Counted from the stretch's first letter, positions 27,648 to 42,900 are shown. The stretch: DNA of 52,366 nt from Acidobacteriota bacterium (GCA_049967655.1 JBMFSH010000019.1:1-52366), one strand, 5' to 3'. A program made the numbers and translations. The notes: generated from the sequence alone by a model not told the origin.

Positions 27648-30032
27648 TCACTCCTGCTCCACCCTGAAATTGAGCCGCCGGCCGAGGTCTCGGAAGGCGG
27701 CGGGGTCGGGGAGGGGGGTCTCGCCGGAGACGAGGTCGTGGTAGAGGTTCTGGACGTTCCAGAGGTCGGTGGGGAAGGGGAGGGCCTGAGCCACCTCCAG
27801 GAGGTGGACGAGGACGGCGAGGTGGTCCGGGTCGGCCGGGCTCTCGCAGAGCTTGCGCATGTGGCGCTCCAGGGAGGCGCGCAGGGCGAAGGCGAGGGTG
27901 TCCTCCTCCCATTGGAGGTGCAGGCCCGCGGCCTCCTGCAGCATGGCCTTGACCCGGGCGAGGTCGGGCGAGTCCCTCTGGATCTCCCGCTTGAGGTCCA
28001 GGTTGAGGATGTACTCGGCGGCGGTCTTGAAGGCGCGCGGGGGCTGGAGGCCCAGCTGGGCGTGGAACCGGATCATGGAGGCGTAGCTCTCGGTGATCCG
28101 CCGGTAGGCCTCCTCGATCTCCGCCAGGCTCTCGTTGAGCATGCGGTGGACGATGCTCCGCTGCTGATCCCGGAAGAGCTCCCGCAGGGAGTAGGTGGCC
28201 TCGCCGAAGTGCCGGTCCAGGAGCCTGAGGAGCGCCGAGTAGTCGCCCGACTCGAAGCCCTCCAGCAGCTCTGTCCGCGTGGCGGAGAAGGCCTCGTCCG
28301 AGACGGTGGGCCGCACGCCGCAGCGCATGAGCTGGTCCGTGAGGAGGAGGGCGCCGAAGCTGAGGAGGGTGCTCTCGCCGGTGATACGCGAGGCGATCCG
28401 AACGCGGCCCAGGACGAACCGGACCTTCCCCGACTTGGCCGTCTCGAACTCCTCTTGATCGGCCTCGTAGCAGTAGATGTGGGATTTCCGGGCGAAGGGC
28501 TCGAAGAGGGAGCGGACGGCGTAGTGGGCGCCCACCCGCGTGAGGTCCACCGCTGCGGACTTCACCTCCCGCCCGTAGAGGGCCCGGCCGTCGCCCAGCT
28601 CGGGGCGGTTGGAGCGGGCGCCCTGGAGATGGGAGAGGAAGCCCTCCTCCAGGTCCACGTCCCAGAGTCTCTTGGCGAGCTGGACCACGCGGCCTGCGTA
28701 GCGCAGGATCTGGATGCCCTCGATGCCCGCCAGGTCGTCGAAAAACCAGCCGCAGCTCGTGAACATGAGCATGGCGTGGCGCTGGAGCTCCATGAGCTCG
28801 AGGGCGCGCACGGGGTTGCACCCCGGCTTGGCGTGGCGCGCCAAAAAGGCCTCCACGTTGTCCTCGGAGCGGTCGAGCACCACGTCGATGTAGGCGTCCC
28901 GGGCGGCCCACGGATCGGGGAAGGGGTTGTCACCGGGGGCTTCGAAGGCCGCGGCCGCCTCGTCCCTCAGCCAGTCCAGCGCCTGGCGCAGCGGCGCGCG
29001 CCACGCCTGGTTCCAGCCGGGCCGGGTGCCCGTGCAGCAGCCGCAGTCCGAGCGCCAGCGCTCCACGCCGTGGATGCAGCTCCAGGAGGTGGCCTCGCGG
29101 ATACGCGCCTCGAAGCGCGGCGGGTGGCGTTCGAGGAATTCGCCGTAGTTGGTGATGCGGGCGAGGCCTCGCTCCTCGATGACCCTCAGGGCGTACGCCA
29201 GCGCCATGTCGCCGTAGCGGTGGTGATGGCCGAAGGTCTCGCCGTCGGTGGCGATGTGGACCAGGCGAGACTCCTCGCCGTCCTGGGGAAAGGCCCCCAC
29301 GAGGCGGGCGGCCAGGGCCTCGCCCGAGGTCAGGAGCCCCTCGAAGGCCACGGCCCTCGCCACGGGTCCGTCGTAGAAGAAGAGGGCGATGGAGGCGCCG
29401 GAGGGCAGGAGACAGCGGTAGGCGCGGGTGGGGTCCACCGAGGCGCCGTCCAGCTCCCGCCACTCCTCCTCGCCGATGGCGCGCACGGCGGCCGCCTGGT
29501 GCGGGGCGAGGACGGTGAAGGCGACGCCGCGGCGGGCCAGCACTTCGAGGGTGTCCGTGTCCACGGCGGTCTCGGGCAGCCACATCCCCTCGGGCTTTCG
29601 GCCGAAGCGGCGCTCGAAATCGCGGATGCCCCAGATCACCTGCGTCTCCCGGTCGCGCGGGCTGGCGAGCGGCATGATCATGTGGTTGTAGACCTGGGCG
29701 AGGGCCGATCCGTGGCCCGAGAAGCGATCGCGGCTCGCCTCGTCGCTCTCGATGATCCGGCGGTAGAGGGCAGAGGCGTGGAGTTCTAACCAGCTCAAGA
29801 GGGTGGGGCCGAAGTTGAAGCTCATGCGCGCGTAGTTGTTGGCGATGTCGGCGATGCGGCCCTCGCCGTCGAGGATGCGGGCCGTGGCGTTGGGCTGGTA
29901 GCACTCGTGGGTGATGCGCTCGTTCCAGTCGTGGTAGGGGTGCGCCGACTCCTGGAGCTCCACGTGCTCCAGCCAGGGATTCTCCCGCGGGGGCTGGTAG
30001 AAGTGGCCGTGAATGCAGACGTAGCGGTTCAT
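27648..30032 (-). CDS. GH57-family glycoside hydrolase with DUF3536 domain
   Basis: HGHFYQPPRENPW, SFNFGPTLL, GMWLPETAVD, ATDGETFGHH, SWSCIHGVERW, MFTSCGWFFD. Confidence 0.92.
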   Translation of the reverse strand: MNRYVCIHGHFYQPPRENPWLEHVELQESAHPYHDWNERITHECYQPNATARILDGEGRIADIANNYARMSFNFGPTLLSWLELHASALYRRIIESDEASRDRFSGHGSALAQVYNHMIMPLASPRDRETQVIWGIRDFERRFGRKPEGMWLPETAVDTDTLEVLARRGVAFTVLAPHQAAAVRAIGEEEWRELDGASVDPTRAYRCLLPSGASIALFFYDGPVARAVAFEGLLTSGEALAARLVGAFPQDGEESRLVHIATDGETFGHHHRYGDMALAYALRVIEERGLARITNYGEFLERHPPRFEARIREATSWSCIHGVERWRSDCGCCTGTRPGWNQAWRAPLRQALDWLRDEAAAAFEAPGDNPFPDPWAARDAYIDVVLDRSEDNVEAFLARHAKPGCNPVRALELMELQRHAMLMFTSCGWFFDDLAGIEGIQILRYAGRVVQLAKRLWDVDLEEGFLSHLQGARSNRPELGDGRALYGREVKSAAVDLTRVGAHYAVRSLFEPFARKSHIYCYEADQEEFETAKSGKVRFVLGRVRIASRITGESTLLSFGALLLTDQLMRCGVRPTVSDEAFSATRTELLEGFESGDYSALLRLLDRHFGEATYSLRELFRDQQRSIVHRMLNESLAEIEEAYRRITESYASMIRFHAQLGLQPPRAFKTAAEYILNLDLKREIQRDSPDLARVKAMLQEAAGLHLQWEEDTLAFALRASLERHMRKLCESPADPDHLAVLVHLLEVAQALPFPTDLWNVQNLYHDLVSGETPLPDPAAFRDLGRRLNFRVEQE

Positions 30033-30049
30033 GCGCTGGCGCTCCTCTG

Positions 30050-30078
30050 GAGTGAGGAGTGAGAAGTGAGTGAGAAGT
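30050..30078. repeat. (G/A)AGTGAG heptamer tandem repeat
   Basis: GAGTGAG-GAGTGAG-AAGTGAG-TGAG-AAGT. Confidence 0.7.
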
Positions 30079-30196
30079 CGAAAGAGGCCGGAACCATTGC
30101 CGCGAGGGTCATGGCGTGCTTCCTATGGGGAGCGCGTGAGGCGAGATGGGAGCCGGGAGACGGAAGGAAACGGAACGCGGCGGCCTTGTAGGAGGC

Positions 30197-30228
30197 CAGG
30201 GGACAAGGGACAGGGGACAGGGAAACAG
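30197..30228. repeat. A(G/A)GGGAC heptamer tandem repeat
   Basis: AGGGGAC-AAGGGAC-AGGGGAC-AGGGAAAC; same unit at 39884-39914. Confidence 0.8.
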
Positions 30229-30270
30229 CGGGGAGAAGGAGGCGGGCCATTCCCCGGCGTTTTCCCCACT

Positions 30271-30308
30271 TCCCAATGTCTTCCTCTGTGTCTCTGCGCC
30301 TCTGTGGT
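30271..30308 (-). repeat. ACCACAGAG(A/G)C(A/G)CAGAG octamer-type micro-repeat, copy 2
   Basis: Abuts the glgB stop (ATGA overlap) and encodes [10 protein letters not shown]. Confidence 0.75.
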
Positions 30309-33300
30309 TCATCTTTTCCTCGGCTTGAAAAAGAGGAGCGCGAGGGGCGGGAGCGTGAGGCTGAGGGAGTAGGGCCGCCCGTGGGCGGGCTCGGGCAGGG
30401 CCTCGGCCGCTCCCCCGTTGCCCAGGCCGCTACCACCGTACTCGGCGGCGTCTGAGTTGAAGAGCTCGATCCAGCGGCCCGGCACCTCCACCCCCGCCCG
30501 GTAGCCGTACCGGGGGACGGGGGTGTAGTTGCACGCCACGAGGATCGTCTCGCTCCCATCTCCCGTGCGGCGCTCGAAGAGGAGCACGCTGCTCTCGGCG
30601 TCGTTGCAGTCCACCCACGAGAAGCCCTCCGGGCGGCAGTCGCCGGCGTGGAGGGCGGGCTCGCGCCGGTAGAGCCCGTTGAGGTCCCGGACCATGGCCA
30701 GCAGGCCCTTGTGGGGTGCGTATTCCAGCAGGTGCCAGTCCAACGAGCCGTCATGGGACCACTCCCGCCACTGGCCGAACTCGTCCCCCATGAAGAGGAG
30801 CTTCTTGCCCGGCTGGGCGAACTGGGTGGCGAGGAGGGCGCGGAGGTTGGCGAAGCGCTGCCAGTCGTCGCCCGGCATGCGCCCCAGCAGGGAGCCCTTG
30901 CCGTGGACCACCTCGTCGTGGGAGAGGGGCAGCACGAAGTTCTCGGTGAAGGCGTAGAGGCTGCGGAAGGTCAGCTCGCCGTGGTGGTAGCGGCGGTGGA
31001 TGGGCTCCTTTCGGAAGTACTCCAGGGCGTCGTGCATCCAGCCCATGTCCCACTTCAGCCCGAAGCCCAGGCCGCCGGCGTAGGTGGGCCTGGAGACCAT
31101 GGGCCAGGCGGTGGACTCCTCGGCCCAGGTCTGGACGTCCGGGAAGGCGGCGTAGATCTCCGTATTGAGCCGCTTGAGAAAGTCGATGGCGTCGAGGTTC
31201 TCGCGCCCGCCGAAGGCGTTGGGCTCCCACTCCCCCTCCTTCCGCGAGTAGTCCAAATAGAGCATGGAGGCCACGGCGTCCACCCGGATCCCGTCGGCGT
31301 GGTAGCACTCCAGCCAGAAGAGGGCGCTCGACAGGAGGAAGCTGCGGACCTCGTGGCGGCCGTAGTTGAAGATGGCGCTGCCCCAGTCCGGGTGGAAGCC
31401 CCGGCGCGGGTCCTCGTGCTCGAAGAGGTGGGTGCCGTCGAAGAACCCAAGGCCGTGCTCGTCCGTGGGGAAGTGGGAGGGGACCCAGTCCAGGATCACG
31501 CCGATGCCCTGCTGGTGCAGCGTGTCCACCAGGGCCATGAGGTCTTGCGGCGTGCCGTAGCGGCTCGTGGGGGCGAAGTAGCCGGTGCACTGGTAGCCCC
31601 AGGAGCCGTAGAAGGGGTGCTCCATGACCGGCATGATCTCCACGTGGGTGAAGCCCGCCTCCTTCACGTAGGCCACCAGCTTGGGAGCGATCTCCCGGTA
31701 GCTGAGGGAGCGCCCTCCCTCCTCCGGCACGCGGGCCCACGAACCGAGGTGGACCTCGTAGATGGAGATAGGGGCTTGGAGCCTCTGCCGCGAGGCGCGC
31801 TCGGCCATCCACCCGCCGTCGCCCCAGGCGTAGCCCAGGTCCCAGACGATGGAGGCGGTCCGGGGGGGCGTCTCGGCCCAGAGGGCGAAGGGGTCAGCCT
31901 TGTCCACCTTGTAGCCGTTCACCCGGGAGTCGATGCGGAACTTGTAGCGGTCGCCCCTCCGCGCCCCCTCCACGAAGCCTTCCCAGAGGCCCGAGCTGCC
32001 TGAGGGGGCGAGCGGACGGCTTCCGGGCGCCCAGCGGTTGAAGTCGCCGATGACGCTCACCGCCTCTGCGTTGGGGGCCCAGACGGCGAAGTGGACGCCG
32101 CGCTTTCCCTCTCGCTCGCAGGGGTGGGCTCCGAGCTTGCGGTAGAGGCGGGTGTGGGAACCCTCATTGAAGAGGTAGCGGTCCTCCTCCGTGAGAGACA
32201 GCGAGTCGGCCGGCGGAAGCCCTCCTCCCTCCATCTGGGTCTTGTCGTTCTTTTCCATGCTTTCCTCTCGTGATGCGGCGGTCTTGAGGAGCTCCAGGGC
32301 CTCGGCCACCTCGGGCCGGGCCGCTGACTGCTCCAGCGAGTAGCGAAGGAAGCGGCTCCAGCTGGGCCGCTCTCCGGCCACTCCGGGCCAGTTCTGCGGG
32401 ACGGTCTCGCCCCAGAGGTCCTCCAGGGAGACGACCACGTAGCCGGCCTTACTCCCGCCGAGTTCGCCCAGCAGGGCGAGGAGCGCGGCGCGGGTTTCGG
32501 AGGCGTCCGTTCCGGCGGAGATCCTCAATTGGCGGGCCACGTTCTCGCGGATCGCGCTCCGCTCCTCGCCCTCCAGCCGCGCCTCCTCCGGGTCCAGGAG
32601 CCCCAGCTCACGGCGGTCCTGCACGTCCAGACCCCGCCAGTAGGAGGCGAAGGGAGGCATGTCGTGGGTATTGAGCGCGGCCAGGCTACCCGGCGGCACT
32701 GCCGAGGAGGGCGGCGGGGAGGAGGGCCCCGTTTCGAAGGGAAAGACCCACATACGGCGAAGCCCCCGCCTCGCCATGGCCTGGCGCACCTCGGTGGGCA
32801 CGGTGCCCAGGTCTTCGCCGACGATCTCGGTGCCGTGGCGGCGCGACTCCAGACAGACCAGCGCATAGAGGAGGTCGGCGGGGTAGCGGACGTAGAGTCC
32901 CTCGCGGGCCGGAAGGCCCTGCGGCACCCAGAAGAGCCGATGCATCCCCATGACGTGGTCGATCCTGAGGAGGTCGGCGTGGCGCATGGCGGCCGAGAGG
33001 GAGGCGCGCAGGTACTCCACGCCCTCCCCGGTCCGGAGCGCTTCGGGATGAAGGGGAGGGAAGCCCCAGTTCTGGCCGCCCGAGAAGAAGGGGTCCGGCG
33101 GCGCACCCGCCGAGACGCCTCGGACAAAGAGCGCCGAATGACGCCAGGTGTCGAAGCCGTCGGGGTGCACGCCCAGCGGGTAGTCGAGGTAGAGCCCAAC
33201 GCCTCGTCTCCGGGCGCCATCGCGGGCCACCTCCAGTTGCTCCCTCGCGGCGAACTGGCCGTAAGCGTGGGCCAGAAAGGCGCCCCGATCGTAATCTTCC

Positions 33301-34361
33301 TCGCGCCACTCACCTCGGCACAGGCGCTCCTCCCAGGCGGGCCATCCCTCGCGCCGACGCTCCGCGATCGCCCGAAAGGCGGCATAGGCCGACAGGTCGG
33401 GCTCCTCTCGAAGAAAGCACTCGAAGCGGTGGCGGCGCGGGCTGTCGTTGGCCAGCAGCCCGCGGAGGCATGCCTCGACGGCGCGCCGTTTGAGGGCGTA
33501 GCCACGCCGGTAGTCGACCTCCCGCGCACAGCGAAGCCGGTCGGCCTCTTCCCGGAAGGTCGGGGAGTCCGCGAGGGCTCGGGCCTCCTCGGAGGCCGCC
33601 CACTCCGGGAGCGCGGCCACGTCCAGGTAGTACTCGTTGAGGAAGAGCCTACTCACCGGAGAGTAGGGGCTCGGGGCGAAGGGCTCGTCGAGGAAGGCCG
33701 CGTGCAGCGGCAGAGTGGCCGCGAGATGGCCACCGCGCTCGGCCGCCAGGGCGGCCAGTCCCGCGAGCTGCGTGAAGCTGCCCGCGGGGACGGGGCCGTC
33801 GGCTCGCATGGAGTACAGCGGCGCGAAGAGGCCCCACCGCGGGCCCCGACCCTCGGCCTGAGCAGCGAAGACCCGGCGCGGAGCCACCAAAAGCAGCCCC
33901 TCGGCACTCCGCCGCCCGAGCTTCACGGCCAGGCGGTGGCACCCCGAGGGAAGCGGCTGAGGCCAGCGCGCCCTCGCACCGCGAAAGCCCCGAAGATCGC
34001 CCGGGGCCTCGGCGGGAAGCAGGGCCAGTTTCGCGCCGCGCTCCTCTCCGCTTTCCAGGCGCAGGGCGGCCGAACAGGAGGTGGCCGAACTCCCCTTGGG
34101 AAGGGAGAATTCGATGAAACAGGCCTTGCCCTCGGCGGCGACCGTCACGGGACGAATGAGACCAGCCGAACGCTTCTCGGTCAGCGCCAGCACCAGGGAG
34201 GGGGCCTCCTCCGGCCTCTCGATGGGAGCGCCGAGCGCCCGGGCCACGGCCATCACCGAGTCCGGGGAGGCCCGGCGCACCCGGCCGTCCAGCGCCCGGT
34301 ACCGGCTCTGGATGCCGAGCAGTGAGGCGAGCGAAGAAAGGGGACCGCTTTGCGAGGACAT
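30309..34361 (-). CDS. malQ-glgB: Fusion of 4-alpha-glucanotransferase (MalQ, GH77) and 1,4-alpha-glucan branching enzyme (GlgB, GH13); possible internal GlgB start at 32258
   Basis: MalQ motifs [34 protein letters not shown]; GlgB motifs [41 protein letters not shown], all in one open frame. Confidence 0.93.
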   Translation of the reverse strand: MSSQSGPLSSLASLLGIQSRYRALDGRVRRASPDSVMAVARALGAPIERPEEAPSLVLALTEKRSAGLIRPVTVAAEGKACFIEFSLPKGSSATSCSAALRLESGEERGAKLALLPAEAPGDLRGFRGARARWPQPLPSGCHRLAVKLGRRSAEGLLLVAPRRVFAAQAEGRGPRWGLFAPLYSMRADGPVPAGSFTQLAGLAALAAERGGHLAATLPLHAAFLDEPFAPSPYSPVSRLFLNEYYLDVAALPEWAASEEARALADSPTFREEADRLRCAREVDYRRGYALKRRAVEACLRGLLANDSPRRHRFECFLREEPDLSAYAAFRAIAERRREGWPAWEERLCRGEWREEDYDRGAFLAHAYGQFAAREQLEVARDGARRRGVGLYLDYPLGVHPDGFDTWRHSALFVRGVSAGAPPDPFFSGGQNWGFPPLHPEALRTGEGVEYLRASLSAAMRHADLLRIDHVMGMHRLFWVPQGLPAREGLYVRYPADLLYALVCLESRRHGTEIVGEDLGTVPTEVRQAMARRGLRRMWVFPFETGPSSPPPSSAVPPGSLAALNTHDMPPFASYWRGLDVQDRRELGLLDPEEARLEGEERSAIRENVARQLRISAGTDASETRAALLALLGELGGSKAGYVVVSLEDLWGETVPQNWPGVAGERPSWSRFLRYSLEQSAARPEVAEALELLKTAASREESMEKNDKTQMEGGGLPPADSLSLTEEDRYLFNEGSHTRLYRKLGAHPCEREGKRGVHFAVWAPNAEAVSVIGDFNRWAPGSRPLAPSGSSGLWEGFVEGARRGDRYKFRIDSRVNGYKVDKADPFALWAETPPRTASIVWDLGYAWGDGGWMAERASRQRLQAPISIYEVHLGSWARVPEEGGRSLSYREIAPKLVAYVKEAGFTHVEIMPVMEHPFYGSWGYQCTGYFAPTSRYGTPQDLMALVDTLHQQGIGVILDWVPSHFPTDEHGLGFFDGTHLFEHEDPRRGFHPDWGSAIFNYGRHEVRSFLLSSALFWLECYHADGIRVDAVASMLYLDYSRKEGEWEPNAFGGRENLDAIDFLKRLNTEIYAAFPDVQTWAEESTAWPMVSRPTYAGGLGFGLKWDMGWMHDALEYFRKEPIHRRYHHGELTFRSLYAFTENFVLPLSHDEVVHGKGSLLGRMPGDDWQRFANLRALLATQFAQPGKKLLFMGDEFGQWREWSHDGSLDWHLLEYAPHKGLLAMVRDLNGLYRREPALHAGDCRPEGFSWVDCNDAESSVLLFERRTGDGSETILVACNYTPVPRYGYRAGVEVPGRWIELFNSDAAEYGGSGLGNGGAAEALPEPAHGRPYSLSLTLPPLALLFFKPRKR

Positions 34362-34367
34362 GCGCGG

Positions 34368-37748
<3,381 letters not shown>

Positions 37749-37762
37749 GGCCTGGTCTCTCC

Positions 37763-39730
37763 TCAAGCTCCGCTGCCCACGCCGCGCGCCGGGCTCACTC
37801 TCAGGATGTGGGCCGGCAGCCGCTGGGGGTCCAGCTCCACGAAATTCCTGGGGCCGTTCCAGGTGTAGGTTTCGCCTCCTAGCAAATCTTCCACTTGGTA
37901 GCTGCCCCCCTCGGGAAGGCCAAGTTCGCCGAGCTGGAGACGGGTCCAGCCCGACTGGCGGTGGCGGGGATCCAGGTTCACCACCATCAGGAGGACGTTC
38001 TCCCCTCGCCGCTTGCTGTAGGCCAGGAGGTTCGGGTTGTCGGTCTCGTGGAAGGTCAGCGGGTCCGCGAAGTGCAGCGCCTTGTTGGCGCGGCGTATGG
38101 TGTTCACCCTGGCGATGAGCCCGCGCAGGCTCTCGGGGCTTTGCCGGTCCCAGTGCCGAATTTCGTACTTCTCCGAGTGGAGGTACTCCTCGCTGCCGGG
38201 CTCCCTGGGCTCCTTCACGCAGAGTTCGAAGGGCGGGCCGTAGATGCCGTAGCTCGCCCCCAGGGTGGCGGCGAGGACGAGCCGGACCGCGAAGGCGGGC
38301 CGGCCACCCTCCTGAAGATAGGCGTGCAGGATGTCCGGCGTGTTGGCGAAGAGGTTGGGCCGGAGGAACTCTTTCAGCGGAGGGCTCGTCAGCTCCCGGA
38401 AATACTCCCGAAGCTCCCAGGAGCCGGTGCGCCAGGTGAAGTAGGTGTAGGACTGGCTGAAGCCCGCCTTGGCCAGGCGGGCCATCACCTTGGGCCGCGT
38501 GAAGGCCTCCGAGAGGAAGATCGTCTCGGGGTGGCTGCGCTTGAGAGATCCCAGGCACCACTCCCAGAAGGCGAAGGGCTTGGTATGGGGGTTGTCCACG
38601 CGGAAGATGGAGATCCCCTCTCCGATCCAGAACTCGAAGATGCTTCGGAGCTCGCGCCAGAGCGAGAGCCAGTCCTCGCACTCGAAGTCGAAGGGGACGA
38701 TGTCCTCGTAGCGCTTGGGCGGGTTTTCGGCGTACCGGATCGTGCCGTCGGCCCGGTGGCGGAACCACTGCGGGTGCTCCCTCACGTAGGGGTGGTCGGG
38801 GGAGCACTGGAAGGCCACGTCCAGAGCCACTTCCAGCTCGTGCCGCCGGGCCTCAGCCACCAGCTCCCGGAACTCCTCGAAGGTGCCGAGCTCGGGGTGG
38901 ATGGACTTGTGACCCCCCTCCTCCGAACCGATGGCCCAGGGGCTGCCCGGGTCGCCCGGACCGCAGAGCAGGGCGTTGTTGGCGCCCTTGCGGTGCGTGG
39001 TACCGATGGGGTGGATGGGCGGCAGGTAGAGGACGTCGAAGCCCATGCCGGCGACGTAGGGGAGCAGGGCGATCACGTCCCGGAAGGTGCCGTGCCTGCC
39101 CGGCTCGGGCGAGGCGGAGCGGGGGAACATCTCGTACCAGGCCCCGTACCGGGCCCGCTCTCGCTCCACGGCGACGGGGATTGTCAGCGGATGGGTCACG
39201 GCGAAGCGCCGGGGCGCGTGCCTGGCCATGAGCTCCGCCACCTCCGGGGAGGCGGCCGCGGCGAAGCGGGCGCTCTCCTCGCCGTGGCCCTCGGCCGCGG
39301 AGGCCGCGGCCCGCAGGCGCCGGGCCTCGGCGGGAGGGGCGTGCTCGGCGGCCTCCTCGATCAGTACCGCCCCTTCACGCAGGTCGAGCTCCACGCTCTG
39401 GCCCGCCTGGAGCTTCTTGGCGGCAGCCTCGCGCCAGGTGGCGTAGCGGTCTACCCACGCGGCGAGGGTGAACTCGTGGGGCGCCTCCTCCTCCACGGTG
39501 AACTCGGCGGCCCAGCGGTCGTTCCCGAGGTGCTCCATGGGGAGCTCGCGCCAGCGGCGCTGTCCCTTCCGCCGGTAGAGGAGCCTGCACGCCAGCAGGT
39601 CGTGCCCGTCGGCGAAGATGTCCGCCTCCACGCGCACGCTCTCGCCCGGGGTACGCTTGACGGGGAATCGTCCGCCGTCCAGCTGGGGAGCTACGGCCGT
39701 GATCACCACGCGCTGACGTCCGTCTTGCAT
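37763..39730 (-). CDS. glgE: Alpha-1,4-glucan:maltose-1-phosphate maltosyltransferase
   Basis: [64 protein letters not shown]; start 39730 or 39736. Confidence 0.95.
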   Translation of the reverse strand: MQDGRQRVVITAVAPQLDGGRFPVKRTPGESVRVEADIFADGHDLLACRLLYRRKGQRRWRELPMEHLGNDRWAAEFTVEEEAPHEFTLAAWVDRYATWREAAAKKLQAGQSVELDLREGAVLIEEAAEHAPPAEARRLRAAASAAEGHGEESARFAAAASPEVAELMARHAPRRFAVTHPLTIPVAVERERARYGAWYEMFPRSASPEPGRHGTFRDVIALLPYVAGMGFDVLYLPPIHPIGTTHRKGANNALLCGPGDPGSPWAIGSEEGGHKSIHPELGTFEEFRELVAEARRHELEVALDVAFQCSPDHPYVREHPQWFRHRADGTIRYAENPPKRYEDIVPFDFECEDWLSLWRELRSIFEFWIGEGISIFRVDNPHTKPFAFWEWCLGSLKRSHPETIFLSEAFTRPKVMARLAKAGFSQSYTYFTWRTGSWELREYFRELTSPPLKEFLRPNLFANTPDILHAYLQEGGRPAFAVRLVLAATLGASYGIYGPPFELCVKEPREPGSEEYLHSEKYEIRHWDRQSPESLRGLIARVNTIRRANKALHFADPLTFHETDNPNLLAYSKRRGENVLLMVVNLDPRHRQSGWTRLQLGELGLPEGGSYQVEDLLGGETYTWNGPRNFVELDPQRLPAHILRVSPARGVGSGA

Positions 39731-39883
39731 GTCCATCCTTTCTGTGCCACCCGCCATGGGTCCCCGTCCGACTCTGTCGGAAACGTCTTCATACCATGGG
39801 ATTATGCCGTGCCCAAGCCTGCGGGTCCAGTCCGGGCCGTTGCCGGGTTTCAAGTGGAGGCGCTTCGTTCATGGCGGGGGCGC

Positions 39884-39914
39884 AGGGGACAGGGGACAAG
39901 GGACAGGGGACAAG
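39884..39914. repeat. A(G/A)GGGAC heptamer tandem repeat
   Basis: AGGGGAC-AGGGGAC-AAGGGAC-AGGGGAC-AAG between the sensor gene and glgE. Confidence 0.8.
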
Positions 39915-39979
39915 AAAGGGAAAGGTTTTTGTCCGTGGCTGCCCCCCGAAATTCCAGTTTGCTCGGGGGCGCAGGCCGC

Positions 39980-42900
39980 CTAGGACTTCACGGAGGAGGG
40001 ATCGAGCTCGCTGACGGCCACGGGCTGGGAGACTCCCTTGAAGCTTCTCTCCTCCAGGGGGCCGTACGGGAACTCGCGCAGCGTGAGGGAGCGGATCCGG
40101 TCGGAGACAAGGATGCGGCCGGGCGTACAGGCCGCTTCCAGCCGCTTGGCCAGGTTGATTCCCCGTCCGACGGCGGTGTACTCCATGTGCTCGGGCGCGC
40201 CGAAATTCCCCACCGTCAGGTAGTCCTGATGGATCCCCACGCGCAGCGTCAGGGAGGCGCCCATGCCCCTCTCCTGCCAGAACTTTCCGAGTTCGGCCGT
40301 GCGTTCCTGCATGGCCAGCGCCATCCGCACGGCCCGGATGGCCTGCTCCTCGGGCTCCATCTCTTCGAAGGCGCCGAAGAAGCCCAAGATGCCGTCGCCC
40401 ATGAAGCGGGCGAGGGTGCCGCCGTGGAGACGGATGGCCTCCACCATCTCGGTCAGGTAGCGGTTCAGGAGGGCCGTAATCTCCTCGGGCTCGGTGCGCT
40501 CGGTGAGGGCCGTGAAGCCGGCCAGATCCGTGAAGAAGACGGTCACGAGCCGCCGCTCGCTCCCCAGCTCCACGTCCTCCTCCGAGAGGAGGACCTTCTC
40601 CACGAGCTTCTGAGGGAAGTACTTGGTCAGCCGCCGGTCCCTGGCGATCTGGACGAGCTGTTCGCGGACCTTCTTCTCCAGCTCCTCGTTGAAGCTTTTG
40701 AGCATGCGCTCCTGCTGCCGGATCCGGATGAGGTTTCGGGCCCTGGCCATGAGCTCCTTGGAGTCGAAGGGTTTGGGCAGGTAGTCGTCGGCCCCTACCT
40801 CGAGCCCCTCCACCTTGCTGTCCTGGGAGGCCTTGGCCGTCAGGAGCATGCAGGGCACGTGGTCGAGCTGGGGGTCGCGGCGGAGGGCCCGGCAGAGCTC
40901 GTACCCGTCCATCCGGGGCATCATCACGTCGCTGATCACGAGGTCCGGCGGCTCGCGCTTGGCCAGCTCCAGGGCCTGCTCCCCATCGGCGGCCTCCAGG
41001 ACGCGGTAGCGGCGGGCCAGCACGCTCCGAATGTAGGCCCGCACCTCGCTGTTGTCCTCGGCGATCAGGACCGTCTCGTGGGAGCCCCCGGGCACCTCCG
41101 CTTGCGGCTGCTCGGACGGTTCCGGGGAGAGCGGCTCCGGGAGGCTCGCGGGGATTCGGGAGCGGCTCTCCTCCGCCACCTTGCCGGAAGGCACGATCTG
41201 CTCGTCCCTCAGGTGTTCCCGGCCCAGGGGCAGGAGCAGGTCGAACCGGGCTCCGGCCCCCGGTTCGCTGGAGGCCGTGAGCGAACCCCCGTGCAGGACA
41301 GCCAGCTCCCTGGCCAGGGCCAGGCCGATGCCCGACCCTCCCTGGGAACGGTCGGCTGGCCGGCCCGACTGGTAGAAGCGCTCGAAGACGTGGGGCAGGT
41401 CCTCCGATGGGATCCCCGGCCCGCTGTCCTCCACGCTGACGCGGGCCATGGCCCCGCACCGGGGGTCGTCGACGCGCTCCAGCGCCACCGAGACGGAGCC
41501 GCCCCGCGGGGTGAACTTGAAGGCGTTGGAGAGGAGGTTGTAGAGGATCTTCTCCATCTTCTCCGCGTCCAGGTAGACGGGGTATGGCCCGCCCGTGGGG
41601 AGGTACCTCAGGGTGATGCCCTGGCGTTCGGCGAGGGGTGTGAAGGAGTGCACCACGCTGGCGAGGAAGGCCGCCAGATCGCCCTCCCGCGCGTGAAGCT
41701 CCAGGCGGCCCGCCTCCAGCTTGGAGATGTCGAGCAGTTCGTTGATGAGGTGGAGGAGGCGCCTGCCGTTGCGGAGCATGAGCGAGAGGGCCTCCCGGGC
41801 CTCCTGCCCGAAGGCGCCGTAGGCCCCGCCGAGGGCGTCCTCAAGCGGGCCCAGGATCAGGGTGAGGGGCGTCCGGAACTCGTGACTCACGTTGGCGAAG
41901 AAGCGCGTCTTGACCTGGTCCATCTCCTGCAGCTTCTTCTCCTGGGCGCGGACCACCTCTAGGGCCCGCTCCGTGCGCTCCTTCTCCTCCTGGAGGTTCC
42001 GCGTCCGCGCGGCCACCAGGGCCAGCAGCTCCCGCTCCCTGGCCTTGAGCCGCCCGATTCGGACGAGGTAGAGGCCGCCCGCCAGGAGGAGGGTACCCGT
42101 GAGGCAGAGAAGCCCAAAGACCCAGGTTTGATAGAAGTGCGGCCGGATGCGGAGGGAGAAGGAGGAGGAGCCCCCCTCTCCCCAGGCGCCACCCGGCGCC
42201 GCTGCCATGACCCTGAAGACGTAGCTGCCGGGCGGGATGTTCGTGAAGAAGGCCTCGCGGCGCGTGCCGGCATCCACCCATCCCTCCTGGAAGCCCTCCA
42301 GGCGGTACCGGAAACGGACGCGATGGGAAAAGGCGAGCGTCATGGCCGTGTACCGGAATTCGAGCTCCCCCTTGCCGGGTGGCACATCGGTCAGGTGCCC
42401 GTCCAAGGGCAGCGGCCGATGGTCGTACAGGACCTCCTCGACCCTCGCCGGGACCACCGGCGGCGCGGCGCAGGCGAGGACGGGGGACACGGAGACCAGC
42501 CCCTTGACCGTCGGAAACCAGAGCCGGCCTTCCCGGTCCCGCCAGGCGGCCGGCTGGGTGCCGCCGTTGCACTCGTTGGAGCGCATGCCGTCCGCGTGGC
42601 CGAAGGCCCGACAGTCGACGCGGGATCCCCTCCCTTCGGCTGCGGAGCGGAGCTCCGCGAGGGGGGCGCAGTACACCCCCTTGTTGCAGGTCATCCAGAG
42701 CCGCCCCGCCCCATCCGGGACGATGGAGTAGACCACGTCGTCGAAGAGGCCCTGGGCCGAGGTTACGGCCGACCAACGGCCGGCGTGAAAGAGGCCGAGC
42801 CCGCCGCCGTAGGTGCCCGCCCACAGGCCGCCGTCAGTGTCCTCGAAGAGCGCGAACACCTGCCGCTGGGGCAGCCCGGAAGCCGTCGTGAAGGTGGTGA

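Noticed and set aside
30050..30308. Tandem repeats as a CRISPR array
   Set aside because: Units are 7-8 bp with no spacers and no cas genes.
37749..38807. Apparent 353-aa N-terminal extension of TreS
   Set aside because: Overlaps glgE in another frame; real start is ATG 37748 with its own RBS, so there is no GlgE-TreS fusion.
39980..40620. Pycsar or CBASS defence system
   Set aside because: The cyclase is fused to a sensor kinase and no effector gene is adjacent.
37895..41962. 1355-aa plus-strand ORF
   Set aside because: Antisense shadow of glgE and the sensor kinase.
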